Shown here: in pieces, positions 29,630-47,632 of the stretch
Layout: the number at the start of each line of letters is the position of its first letter
Numbering within the stretch: the stretch's first letter is position 1
From: the human T2T-CHM13v2.0 reference genome, Homo sapiens
Assembly (NCBI RefSeq): GCF_009914755.1
Contig: NC_060937.1
Length of the DNA stretch: 64,000 nt
Direction: 5' to 3' (one strand)
Position numbers and translations under genes: made by a program
Notes under the pieces: generated by a model
Told to the model about the DNA's origin: nothing
Seen by the model: the letters and a program-made list of their open reading frames with translations, nothing else
The model's database searches: none

Positions 29630-30610
29630 CCTTTTGGATTAAAATACACCAGTTATATTTATATTTATGAGTTCATAATGTTATTATACCAAAAACAAAT
29701 CATGGTAATTAATGTTATTCAAACATCATCATTGAAGAAAGCTTTGTAGATAAACTCATCATATTAAAACCTCTAAGTAAAGAGATGTGTGTAAACATTT
29801 TTCTTGCCTTTTCTATACACACTGAACTTGGTGATAACCAAACAGTTTGTGAAGGAAAGTTAATTTTCATAAAACTATTATAGCTACTATCTGAAAATAG
29901 AAGAACAGAGTTGGCGTATCACATTTGGGCCATCCCCAGTAATATAATGAATTAAAGCTACAATCATCAATAACTGCTAACATTTCAAAAAGAAAAACAG
30001 AAATCAGGAAGTATACAACACAGCCTAAGAAATGTTTATGCCAAACAATTAAACCTGAATCCAATTAAACATTTAAATGTTATTGATAGGAAATACAGGG
30101 GGACAGATGTTAGCAGACAACTCAGGAATGCAATGAGCAAGTCTTATAGCATGGAAAAGTTTAAATGGCAAATAAATCATTTTTTTCCCAATAAAACAAC
30201 TGAAAGAACAAACATATAAAGGAGACAACTAGTATATTAAAATAGTTTTAAGAAATATGTCAGTGTAATTGCAGCATATGGATTTTGTTTGGATCTTGAT
30301 TTGAATAAATAAGCATATAAAATGAATTTATAAAAAAGTATATTAAGAAATTATTTTTAAAGTATGGAATTAGTATGGTTGGTTTTTTAGAGATATGAAT
30401 GTGGAATTTGACTGGGAATTATATATTAGATAGTTTCAATATTATTGAGTGTGATAATTGTAGTATGGGTAGTAAGAGAATGTCTCTATTTTAAGGAGAT
30501 ATTTGCTAAAATACTAATGGAGAAGTATCAGGATATGTACAAATTACTTTCAGGTGGCTTAGAAAGAAAACTTTTAAAATGGCAGTGCTAATTTGGAAAA
30601 TGGGTAACAT
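29630..30610 (+). mobile_element. L1MC-type 3' UTR remnants
   Basis: tttcttgccttttctatacacactg...gataaccaaacag; attgagtgtgataattgtagtatgg. Confidence 0.5.
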
Positions 30611-30939
30611 GAATGCCCATCAAAACCTTAGTCTCTAACTAGGCCTTTCAATAGAAAATATAGGGATTCCAGTTGAGTGAGAGGAAGTACAACCACTTCT
30701 CTCTACCTCTTCCAAGTAATGCCGCTAAAAGTACCTGGAAGAATGCATGGAGGTACTGCTGGAGGACTTAGAAGTAAATAGTAATAGGGAGATTAAAGAA
30801 AAAAACTAGTTTCAAAGTAACATGAAACTCAATGTGAGTTCGCCTATATTTTTCCTCCAGTGTATCCTAGCCAGTCCTATGACAGAATGAAATGCAGAAT
30901 TGGACATTTGCACAGACAGAGAGAGCTTCAGAAGCAGCA

Positions 30940-31400
30940 GGAAAGCCAAACACAGAAATAAAAAATATTGCTTAGATCTACTTACATGTTGAATCCAAAA
31001 AAAGTCAAATACATGGAAGCAGAGAGTAGAAAAGTGGTTGCCAAGGGTAGGAATGTGAGAGGAAGTGGAGAGATGGTCAACGGGTAAAACACTGTGGTTA
31101 TATAGAGTAAACAGGCCTAGAGACTGAATGCATAGCATGATGAATACAGTTAATAATACTGTAACATATACTGGAAATTTGCAAAGAGAGTAGACTTCAA
31201 ATGCTGTCACCAAAAAAATTACTAACAATAATTATGTGAGGAGGTAGATATGTTCATTTGCTTCAGTTTAGTAATGATTTCATGGTGTGTGTGTGCGTGT
31301 GTGTGTGTGTATATATATGTACATATTAAAACATTATGTTGTGCACCTTAAATATATACAAATTTTATTAAATATATAAATATAAAAAAGTAAAAAACAA
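30940..31400 (+). mobile_element. L1MA-type 3' end
   Basis: gaagcagagagtagaaaagtggttgccaaggg...gaaatttgcaaagagagtagac...cttaaatatatacaaatttt plus A-rich tail. Confidence 0.75.
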
Positions 31401-31764
31401 AAATTATGAGGCAGAAAACCAATAGGGCATTGTATAATGCATAAATTAGTCTAGCATCATTTAAGCCACTGATCAATTTTAAATTATGAAATGTGGAGCG
31501 ATTAGATTGTATGTAACTTATGATGCAATATGAGAAGTACCTCAGTGCTACCTCTAAATATTTTTCCTTGCACATAAAGTCTGAATGTACCCCAAACTCT
31601 AGATCTAACTACTAATTTAAACTGTTAGCATAGACACTTAAACAAAACTACAATAAATCAATTGGCCATATTCATAGTGTGGGACATTTTTATAAGGAAA
31701 ATAACCTAATTTATCAAAAAAAAATCAATGGCTTCAAAAAGGAGGGCTGGGGTTAAGGCTTAAG

Positions 31765-32425
31765 CTTAAGACCTGAAATTGAAAAACTGCTAAAAGAAAA
31801 CATAGGGGAACAGCCATGACATTTATGTGGGCAATGATTTTTTTGGATATAATCCCCAAAGCACAAGCAACAAAAGCAAGAGTGGGCAACTGGGATTACA
31901 ACAAACAAATAAAGCTTTTGCAAAGTGAAAGAAAAAATAAATTAAAGAGACAATCTATAAAATAAAGAGAAACTATTTTCAAACCATACATCTGATATGG
32001 GGTTATTAATGAAAAAGGAAATATAAAAAAACCAAGAATACCAATAAACTTACTTTTTATAATGGGCAAAGGATTAGAATTGAAATTTCCCAAAGAAGAC
32101 TTACAAATAACATACGTGTGTGTGTTTTTTACCTAACACCTGTTAGAACAGCTATTATCAAAAAGATGAAAGATAACAAGTATTGGTGAGAATGTAGAGA
32201 AAAGGGAACTCTGGCACACAATTTGTGTGAATGTAAATCAGTACAGCCATTATGGAAAACAGTATGAAGAGCCTCCAAAAATTAAAAATAGAACTACCAT
32301 ACAAGCCAGCTATCCCACTACTGGGTATATATCTGAAGGGAATGAAATCAGTATGTCCAAGATATCTCTGTATTCCCATGTTGATTGTAGCATTATTCAC
32401 AATAACTGGGCTGTGGAAACCAATT
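31765..32425 (+). mobile_element. L1M ORF2 3' fragment
   Basis: Peptide MENSMKSLQKLKIELPYKPAIPLLGIY; aaaagcacaagcaacaaaagca. Confidence 0.8.
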
Positions 32426-33211
32426 ATATTAATTAAGAAAGATAGAACGAGAGGAAGGAATGTAATGAGGGATAAAGGAAAAAAGGAAGGAAGGAAGGAA
32501 GAAAAAAAGTAAGAGAGAAAAAGAGACCGAGAAAGAGAATCGGGAAAAAAATGCATTATTAAGAATACCATGTCTGTCCTTTCTACATTTTTTTCCCACT
32601 TCTTTTCTGCCAGGCTAGAAAAGGAATCACTGGAGAAAGGCAATAGAACCAAGTACTGATATGGGCCTGGTCCATGATGTTAGTGAGACTTGTGCTGCCA
32701 CAAGGTAGGAGACTCACTAAAAGAGAGTGTGAGGGTGTGCTCTGTGGTATGAGCAGAACAGCTTAAGAATGCATCTCGGTTGCTGTGAGTCCCCAGTAAA
32801 CTGTGAAAAGCAGCCAGACAGTTGTCTGTGTTGTAAAGAGTTAGATGAATACACACTGTGAGTTAACTAGGAGATTCCTCCATGCCTAGCCCAGTAGAAA
32901 TGGTATGGACTAAATGGATCTGAAATCAGAAATTTTCTCTTCTATCACATAGTGTTTGGGCTTGAGAAGGGACTGTCACCCTGACTGGGACTGCATTTAC
33001 CATATATATTCTGCAAAAGCCCTGACATGACTGTGCCAAAACTAAGTTAGTGAGGTTGTGTTTCTGCTACTAAACTGTCCAACAAATTCCAGAGATTAAA
33101 GTTATGTTATCCAGACAACTGTTTCCCAGAGAATAAACTGCTAACACTTAGTATATGAAATTTGACCTGATCGAGTTTTAGGGTGAAAAAGTGCAGGTAA
33201 ATGCTTAAATA

Positions 33212-33242
33212 TTTTTTTTTTTTTGAGACGGAGTCTTGCTCT

Positions 33243-33245
<3 letters not shown>
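33212..33245 (-). mobile_element. Alu extreme 3' end (poly(A) plus ~21 nt) fused to the FAR1 retrocopy
   Basis: T13-gagacggagtcttgctctgtc. Confidence 0.85.
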
Positions 33246-38049
<4,804 letters not shown>

Positions 38050-38070
38050 CTGGTAAATAATGTAAAGTAA

Positions 38071-38667
38071 TGATATAGAAGTTAAGAAGAAATTATTTAG
38101 GCAGATAGTGAGGGTAAGGAAGTTCTTGGTAAGGTTTTCCTTTTAATGAAAAGCGGCCCCCAAATCATTTTATTTTCTAACTAAGAGCGGCCAGTAAAAT
38201 CGAGCTGCAGACACAGACAAGCAAGCTGGAGGTTTGCATGGGCGAGTGCCGGCAGTGGTGCCAATAGGAAAAGGCTACCTGGGACGAGGCATATTCAAAA
38301 TGGTGGTTCCATCTTCCCTTTTCTTTGCCAGCCACGTGTACTGTAAGATGCTGACAACATGGTGCCAGCCAACTGCAAAGTCATTTTGCATAATAAGATT
38401 ATGCAAGATTATTATGTCACACCTGGTCCAACCAATCTGTGGGCCTTATGTAAATCAGAATCCACCTCCTCAAGCCTACTTATAAAATCTGGTGCACTCT
38501 GCAGTGGGCCAGATTTCCCTTTCGTGGGCCCCTCTGTCTTCTGAGGGAGAGCTGTTCTCCTTTCTCTTTCTTTTGCCTATTAAACCTACTCTCCTAAACT
38601 CACTCCTTGTGTGTGTCCATTTCTTTTATCTTCTTGGCGCGAGATGACAAACTCCAAATATTTACCC
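38071..38667 (+). mobile_element. ERV1 solo LTR (LTR9-like), last bases apparently missing
   Basis: tgatatagaagttaagaagaaattatttaggcagatag...; CCAAT, TATAAAA (~38481) and ATTAAA (~38578) in LTR order. Confidence 0.75.
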
Positions 38668-39463
38668 TCCATAAAGAGCATCCTCACATGCAAAAATATT
38701 TCCTAATTGTATCAAGATAAGGATATAATCATCACTTCAGTGCATGCCTCAGACTACGAAATATATTTTTAAATGCTACATTTATTTCTAATGCAGTCTT
38801 TCTCTAACATATTAAACGTATTCAATAACCTATATTTAATTTTAAGGAAATGTGTATTTCTTTAATGTGCAATTCTTATAAAAGGATAAATTAGATACAG
38901 AAGGAGCATCAATTTACATTTGTCCTTATATGTTTAATTCTTTGAAATAAAGTGTCAAATCGATTTTAGGTAGCACGAATGAATAAACTTCAAAATTGTG
39001 TTTCACATGATGGTTTGGTAAATGTAAAATGTATATTAAACAGGTGTTTTAGATTATGAAAGACTAGAACATCATGCCATCTACAGACAAGTAAATACTT
39101 GTAAATATTTCTAAACTGATGATAGCCTGCTACACGAAATAAGCATCAGTAGAAAGATAATTTTGTGCAACAATGGGCTTCATTGCAGATCTCCAGTTTG
39201 CATTTTCAGTTAAAAATATGTTTTGTTACAGTCCTAATTATAATTTCTCTGGAAGTTGTAATGAATTATGATTTAGTAGTCAGAATGTCTTTCAGTGTAT
39301 GTATGGAGGGTAGTGGAAAGTATATAAACCCAGAAGTAGTATAATTAAAAAGATAATGCCTACAATGGTAATATATGAATATTTACAGGAATTTTCTTCA
39401 CTAAATCTGATACGTGAAAAATATATGTAAAATTATTGTTTATTGGCTTTCTTATATTACAAA

Positions 39464-39627
39464 AAAATACCCAGTAAGTGTTAGTTATTATTTTTAGGGC
39501 AACATTTATTTTTAATTGCAAATATTTTCATTACAATCAATAGAAAAATGCACTGATAAAGATGAAGGATACACACAGAAAAAAATATATATATAATTCC
39601 TTAGAATAATTTTATTTTCTCTTATTG
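39464..39627 (+). repeat. Local direct duplicate of 41307-41465
   Basis: Colinear ~160-nt match, about 80-85% identical by eye (aaaataccca.taagtgtta...aatcaatagaaaaat.cactg.taaagatg...ttagaataattttatttt). Confidence 0.9.
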
Positions 39628-40239
39628 GAGTTGACTCAGTGACAAAAATATTTTATTCCTTTTAACTAGTAGGCATCATAAGAGTTATTTCAATATATTT
39701 TCCTTTTTGTGTTGCCAGTAAACATATTTTTGTTGATTTTGTTGGTGAAGCACCAAGAAAATATGTGATACTTTTTCATAAAATATTTTAAATAAACAAG
39801 TTATTTCTATAAAGAACACATGCAAAAAGTAAGCTGATAATTTTTGGTTGAATACGAAGATGAGTAAAAATATACAATATTGTGTATATTCTGTCATTAA
39901 TTTTCAATTGTTCTGTAAGTATGAAAATATTGTCTAAGTTGCCCTAATTGCTCAAGAACTATAGAACTTTTAATTACATATTTGTCATATGAAAATAAAT
40001 GCACATGTGAAGAAAAGATCTGAAGAATGTACCAAAATGTATGAGATGCAGAGAAATACACTGTTGTTTCCATAGTAACAGCATGTTCAGCCAGTTGCAG
40101 CACCATGGTAACTACAAGAGGAAAAAATATGGAGCACATAAAAAATTTAAATTTGCAAAATTAAAAGATTCATTTTGGTAAATTTGGCACCTGACTATAA
40201 AAACCCACATTTTCCTAATTCTGCTTCGGACCAGGACTC

Positions 40240-40415
40240 TCCTAGGCTTTATTGAGTTTGGTTTTCTATTGTTCCACATTTTATGAAGACCATTGTCATT
40301 TTTGAAATATGCTTGGATGGTCTCTATAAAGTTGTTGTAATGATTAAATAAAATGAAACAATTTATGATAAAGTGTTCTGTAAATTGTAAAGAGCTACAC
40401 AAACTCATCATTATA
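40240..40415 (+). mobile_element. MIR-family fragment
   Basis: gttgttgtaatgattaaataaaatg...aaagtgttctgtaaattgtaaagagctacacaaa. Confidence 0.55.
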
Positions 40416-41074
40416 ATTTTTTCAAATTTTGATAAAACCTTGGCCCTTCTTTTGTTAGTTCCTAATTTACAATAAATCTTTGCATAAAAATAAGTTATTT
40501 AGTTTATTGAATATTGAACCAGAAGCTGATGTCTTTAAATTTTTTTATAAATATTTAACTTTAGATTTCCTTTTAACAGTAGAAAAACTAAAAGTTAATA
40601 CATAGTTTACATGAAGAATGTAATGGAGGCAAGAAAAAAGTGAGGCTATATGAGACCAGTCTTCTTAGGATTAAAAAAAAATGTAAGTGAATCTCATGGT
40701 CCAATGCCGTATGGACAATTTCTTAGTTTTTTCCTGGCAGAGCTGATCTAACGAAGCAGGCTTGAGATTAGCTATTTCTTCACATGATGATTACATTTAA
40801 AGAGAGTAACATTTTAAACGTTGCTTTACGTCTTTAGTTTTAGAATTTTAAAAAAAGTTGAATCTTCAGTATTTAATTATAATTTCTCTACCACGATTTG
40901 AAAAGCATTGAAAATTTTATGAGTCTTAGAGACACAGTTAAATGCTATTTTTATCTATAGTCATTTTTTTCTGCATGTTGATGTCAAGACATCTAGGTCA
41001 ACTTTCTCAACACAACAGAAAAAAATATATGAAAATAATTTATTTATTTTTTATACTTAATTATTTATAACATG

Positions 41075-41337
41075 GTAGTATAGAATAGTGGTTAAGCATC
41101 TAGTGTCAGACATGCCCTGCCTAGCTTCCAATCATAGCTCGGATATTTACCATTTCTAAGATGGGGTGAATTACTTGTGTTCTCTGCCTCATTTTACCCT
41201 CTGCAATTTTGAAATGATCATTTGTAATTGGAGTAATTATTACTGGTAATTTGAAGACTGAATGAGTAAAAGTGTGCAAAATAATTAGAACAATGTCTAG
41301 CATAATAAAATACCCAATAAGTGTTAATTATTATTTT
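41075..41337 (+). mobile_element. MIR, near full length
   Basis: tagtggttaagcat...ctctgcctcattttaccctctgcaa...ttagaacaatgtctagcata...caataagtgttaattattatt. Confidence 0.7.
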
Positions 41338-42929
41338 AGCACAGCATTTATTTTTAATTGAAAACATTTTCATTGTAATCAATAGAAAAATTCACTGCTA
41401 AAGATGGAGAATATACACAGAAAAAACAAATATATTATTCTTTAGAATAATTTTATTTTTTATTGTATGAAACAAACTATTTACTTCTCAGACTTGTCTA
41501 TGTCACACGAGTAATATCTATTCCAGCCAATTGTGCACTTTTAATGCTAAAGAAATTTTTGATCACAGATCTTCATTTGATTATCATAGTATTTTTCCAT
41601 GGTTCATTGTTTATTTTTACCTTATTTTCCTGTATTTTAATGTCTAATATCTCCTCATTAGTAAAGTATATTGCAATTCTCAGAATACTGTTGTCCAAGG
41701 TAAAGACTATATGTTTTCTTTTTGATTCTTTGAGAGATTACTAATTTTTAAGTAGAAAGTTTGACATTTCCCAGATGCATTATCATGAAACTTTTCTACA
41801 CTTCAGCTTATTGGCCTTGTGTGAATTATTAATTCAGGTAATATATAGCAGACACTGGTAACAGTTGAATAATAAAGTAAAAACAGAATGATTATAAATA
41901 GTAAATTATATTATATCTCATAAACCTGAGTTCTAATTTTGGCTTCTGTCAATGATTAGTCATATTAATAGGACCAATCATGTGAAAATCTTTATCAATA
42001 TAACTGTGATTAAATAAACAGAAACTTTAGAATACGTGGAAAATAATGGTTTTAAAGTTGATAATATATAAATGATAAAACACATTAATAAATGAGTAGA
42101 ATTAAAAAAAATTAATAGTAGATATGATTCTATAGAGCTTTGAATGCCTTTTGCTAAGCAGTTATATCAATTTCTTGAAGCTAAAAAAGTCAACAACCTA
42201 TTATTAAAACCTCAAAGAGTGCATTATCATCTTGTAATGGCCAGAAATAAATTAATAATCCAGATTTTAAAAATATGTATTGAGACGTCATCCTCATTTT
42301 ATGCATGGATGCCATGGTGATGCGAAAGATTTTATTTTGCAAGCAAACTAATCACTGAGGCCAGGGAGATGGAATTCGTTGGTTTCCAGGTCCGAGGAAT
42401 CAGGCTCACTTACTGCTTTTGTTATAGTAGAAAGAAGTAGCTTAAGGCCCTTCTCCAACCCATTAAAAAATGGATTTTCTATGGGAAACTGAGGTTCTGC
42501 TATCACAAATAGAGAAAGTGATGTTAGTTGATTAAGAAAATATATATCCACTACCTATGGAAAATTTTAGATAAGCTATTAGATCAACTATTTGGTAACT
42601 AATTTTAAAAAACATTTTTTAAAATGTTACTTTTTATCTACCATACTTAGGTGACTGAGTTCATGGTGGCAGGTTAATTGCTCCTTCCATTTGCCTTGAA
42701 ATTGCCCCAAACAGCTTAAAATTAAAGAAAAAAAGTGTGAATGACTTCTCTTCTAAATATTGCATCAGGTTTTAGCACCCAGGCACTTCCCCACCTCGCT
42801 GTCCTGTTGCTGTTGACAATAATTAAACAGTAATTATAACTACTATTACTTTTGCAGTTGCACTTAGAAAATTCTAGCTAATGTTCTGATTCATCTATGT
42901 ATCAGTAGATCAATTGATTGATTGATTGG

Positions 42930-43105
42930 TTTCCTAACAACAGCCCAATGAGAAAGAAACTGTCATTATTCCCAGGTGAGTGAAAGGAGACACGAAGAAG
43001 GCAGGCAATATCAGCCTGAAATTGCACAGCCGGCAAGTGTTGGAGACAGGTTTCCACTCACACAGTGTGACTCACAGACACTGCAGTCTACAACACCAGT
43101 CTCCA
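42930..43105 (-). mobile_element. MIR fragment
   Basis: aacaacagcccaatgaga...cattattccca...gcacagccggcaagtgttggagacagg...tgactcacag. Confidence 0.55.
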
Positions 43106-44949
43106 AGCTATTCTGCCTACTTCACCTACAGAGGTTGGGAGTTGGGAGATGAGAACAGTAATTTGTTATAGAATTGGTTTGCCAAGATATTTGGGGAGAA
43201 GAATACAATGATATGTTCACAAAACATTTTTATCACTATGTGCTCTATTTGTCAACGCACTACAGAGAGGAGATCAATTCAGAAAAAGAATTCATCACTT
43301 TGCAATAAAGAAATAAAAGAATCCAACTTTTTTGAACTTTAAGTGTTGAAGGAGGCATCTTTCTTATTCCCAACTATTTGAAACCAAAACTGAGAAAAAC
43401 TTTGATCAATAAAAGCAGATTGAAGCCCGTCCTTGTGTGGAGAATCAAATTAAAAGGATGATCAATATGCTTGCTATCCAAAAGCTTTAAGATGCTTCAC
43501 AGTAAAAGTCCATCTAAGTGTGTGGAATGAAGTGTATTCTTTCAATTGGACAAAATTGCTCAGTGAAAAGAGGACAAAGTTATGGCTATATCACAATTAT
43601 TGACAAATTTAAAGTACTGACAATTAATTTTAGAGAGGGCAAAATGACTAGATTAAATTGGCAGTTCTAGGAAGGGGGAGATCCAGCATTCAGACAGGCA
43701 GTCTGCTCAACATGCGTTCTAGTGAAGTTTCAAAAGTAAAACACATACCAACATTATGCATGCTATCATAGAAAGAATGAAGGTTGTATTACATCTAATT
43801 TCACATCAACAACATCATTTGGCAAAAGAGAATAAAATAATGGTTTCAGAATTGTAAGCAAAAGAAATTCTGGATCTAAAATTTGGTATTCCATCAAATG
43901 TCCACCAAGAGGATAAAAGAAATATTTTCGGATATACTAAGACTCAGAAGTTTTATTTCTTTCACAATGTTGCTTAATGAAAAAGTCAAAAGAGAATGCA
44001 TTCTGGAAGAGAAAAGAAACAATCAAGAAGAAAATATGCCATCCAAAATGCATTCTACCTACTTCAGAGTATAAAGAATAAAAGTACTATGATAAAAGCT
44101 GTGCACCTCTCCTAGAAAATGACTGTTTACATTGGACAAAAGTTCACAAGTTTCTGAGAATAATTTTTCTGTAGATCAGTAAATTTTATGAAGCCCAGTT
44201 AGGAATCTGGATAGCAGTATGAATGAGAGATGAGCAAATTATTCTTCTGTCAACATGAAAAAATAAACACAATTAATAAATCTCATGGGTCTGAGAATCT
44301 ATAAAAGACAATTCAGATAAAAAAGAAAGCATAGACATGACATAATTTTGAGTTATTCTTTTAATTTAGAAATTATTATGAATCTGACCATAAGGTTTTT
44401 AATATTTAACTGCTAACAGCAGACTTTTGGTGATAAATCATTTTGTATCTTTTTAAATAGTCCTAGTCCTCTAGATATATTTATACAATTAAGGCTTTGT
44501 AAGTGCTATTATCAGTTTTCAATTATGTAAACAAATCTTGAAACAAATCATAAGTTACTCTTATATTTACAGAACAGAATTTTCTTATGTAAACCTTAGC
44601 AATAGAAAAGGGAAGGGATAGCTTAACAAAGTTTGAAGGTAAATAAGAAATCAGTCAATTGAGGGTCTTAATTTGATCTTAACAGATCAGTAAATACAAG
44701 ATATATTATTTAAAATTAGCAATTAAACAAAAGTGTATAGAAAATAAAGTCACTATAAATCTGTCAACCAAAAATTCTAAAGCATGAAGGAGATGTCAAA
44801 TGATCTGTATAATATAGTGACTTGATCATATTTTATAAGAAAATAACTAAAAATAAAATAAATTAAAGGAGAATATAGTAGGCAAGTTTGACTTTGGGAT
44901 AGTATATTAGTTTTCCAAGACTACCACCAAAAGTATCACAAATCAGCGT

Positions 44950-45872
<923 letters not shown>

Positions 45873-46882
45873 TTACCTGTAATCTTTCTAGCAGATCTTT
45901 GTAGCCCAGCAATATCCTTGATGTTCTCTTCCCAAAATTCTTTGGTATTATTTTGCAATATAAATAGGCTGGTAATTTTCCAAGTCTTCAAGTTCTGGTT
46001 CATTTTTGCCTAACAATTATTCAATTTATCTCTCTCCTCACTCAGGTTGCTATAAGCAACAAGGAGAAACCAGTAAACACCATCAATACTTTGTTTAGAA
46101 ATCTCCTTAGCTAATTATTCAAGTTTACCACTTAAAAGTTCTATTTTGCACAAAACCCTCAAACACAACTCAGCCAAGTTCTTTGCCATTTCATAACCGG
46201 AATCTCTGTTCCCCCAGTTCCCAATATCATGTCTTCATTTCTGTCTGAGGCCTCACCACAAGCATCTTTAATATTCATACATCGACTGATATTCCATTCA
46301 TGATTATATATGCATTCTCTCTGAAAATAGAAGCTATCAGCTCTCCTTTTTTCTGTGTACTCACCAGAACTGCCTTTAATGTCCATATTTCTACAAAATT
46401 TATTCCAGGCAGTGTAGGTTTTTTTTTTCCTAACATGAACCTCAGTATTATTCCAGGCTCTGTTACCCAGTTCCAAAGCCACTTCCACATCTTTAGGTAT
46501 TTGTTACAGGAGTACCTCAGACCTGGTATCAAAACATGTATTTATTTGGTAAGACTGCAGTAAGAAAGTACCACAATTCTGGAAGGTAACAGTCTGAGAT
46601 CAAGATATTGGTTGGGTTACTTCCTATTGATGCCTCTCTTTTGGCTTGTAGAGACTGTGTATCTCCTATGTCTTCACATGATATCATGCTGTACCCATCT
46701 GCGTCCTAATTGTCTTTTCATGTAAAGGCACCAGTCATATTGGTTATCAGAGCCTACTTTAATGACCTTGTTTTAATTGAAGTATACCTATTTAAAAACA
46801 TTATTTCCAAACACAGTCACATTCTGAGGTTCTGGCTGTTAGGATATCAACATTTAGATTTGGGGAGAACACTAGCCTACAA
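45873..46882 (-). mobile_element. MLT1A/B-like MaLR 5' LTR (~46538-46882) plus internal sequence
   Basis: Internal peptide KYLKMWKWLWNWV / VEVALELGNR; LTR aaagtaccacaa...ttccaaacacagtcacattctgagg; a ~45-bp LTR end at ~44902-44946 may be the 3' LTR remnant. Confidence 0.75.
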
Positions 46883-47194
46883 TAGAGGGCTACGTCAGAG
46901 TTTGGCAATGATTACCAGATGTCTGTTCAATATCCATTATTTTCTTAGTAACAGAACCACAATTTTATTACAACAGGCAATATTCCTAGTTAAAGATTAT
47001 AGTTTTATGGCTCTATTGTAGGTAAGTTTGGCAAAATATATATTAGAAATGTTACCTGCAAATTCCAATTGCCATTTGGAGAACAACTCTTTGCTTGAAG
47101 ATGGAAGTCAGTTAAATATATTGTGCCTAAAAGATAAAAGTGTCCAAGGTCTCAACAAGTAGCTGTCATACTATCCCTGGAGAACTGATAACTT

Positions 47195-47632
47195 GAGATA
47201 AATTTGGTACAATTATTCTGAATATAGTAACTTAAAACAAATATTTATTTACTGCTCACAGGTTGGCTGGTGGACTGTACTTTCACTAATTTGAGCTGGG
47301 GGTCAGCTGGACTTCAGACTTTCAAGTCTACTCCAGGTGTCTTCATTCCAGGATCTGAGCTAAAGAATTAACAACTTCCTAGTATGTTTTCCTCTGACTG
47401 GGGACAGAGGACATGTATAGAGAGATGTGGAAATTTTCCAGACTTCTTTAAGACTTTTCTTGGAAGTAGCATAGTAGAATTTCCACTTATATTTTATTGG
47501 TCAAAGCAAGTCATATGGTTAAGTCCAAGTGATGAGGCACTGAAAAGTTAGAAACAAAGGAATGCAAAATTCTATTCCAGGGAGAGAGGAAAACATTCGG
47601 AACAAATATCCACAAATAATCCAACATTCCAC
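47195..47632 (-). mobile_element. Old MLT1 (I/J/K-like) LTR
   Basis: acttaaaacaaatatttatttactgctcac...ttattggtcaaagcaagtcatatgg...aatccaacattccaca. Confidence 0.55.

Noticed and set aside
29535-29630. Possible ERV1 LTR fragment (ctcagcttgactcaactttagac)
   Set aside because: Too short and diverged to assign
32430-32550. Purine-rich tract giving a hydrophobic 164-aa minus-strand ORF
   Set aside because: Low-complexity sequence plus antisense L1
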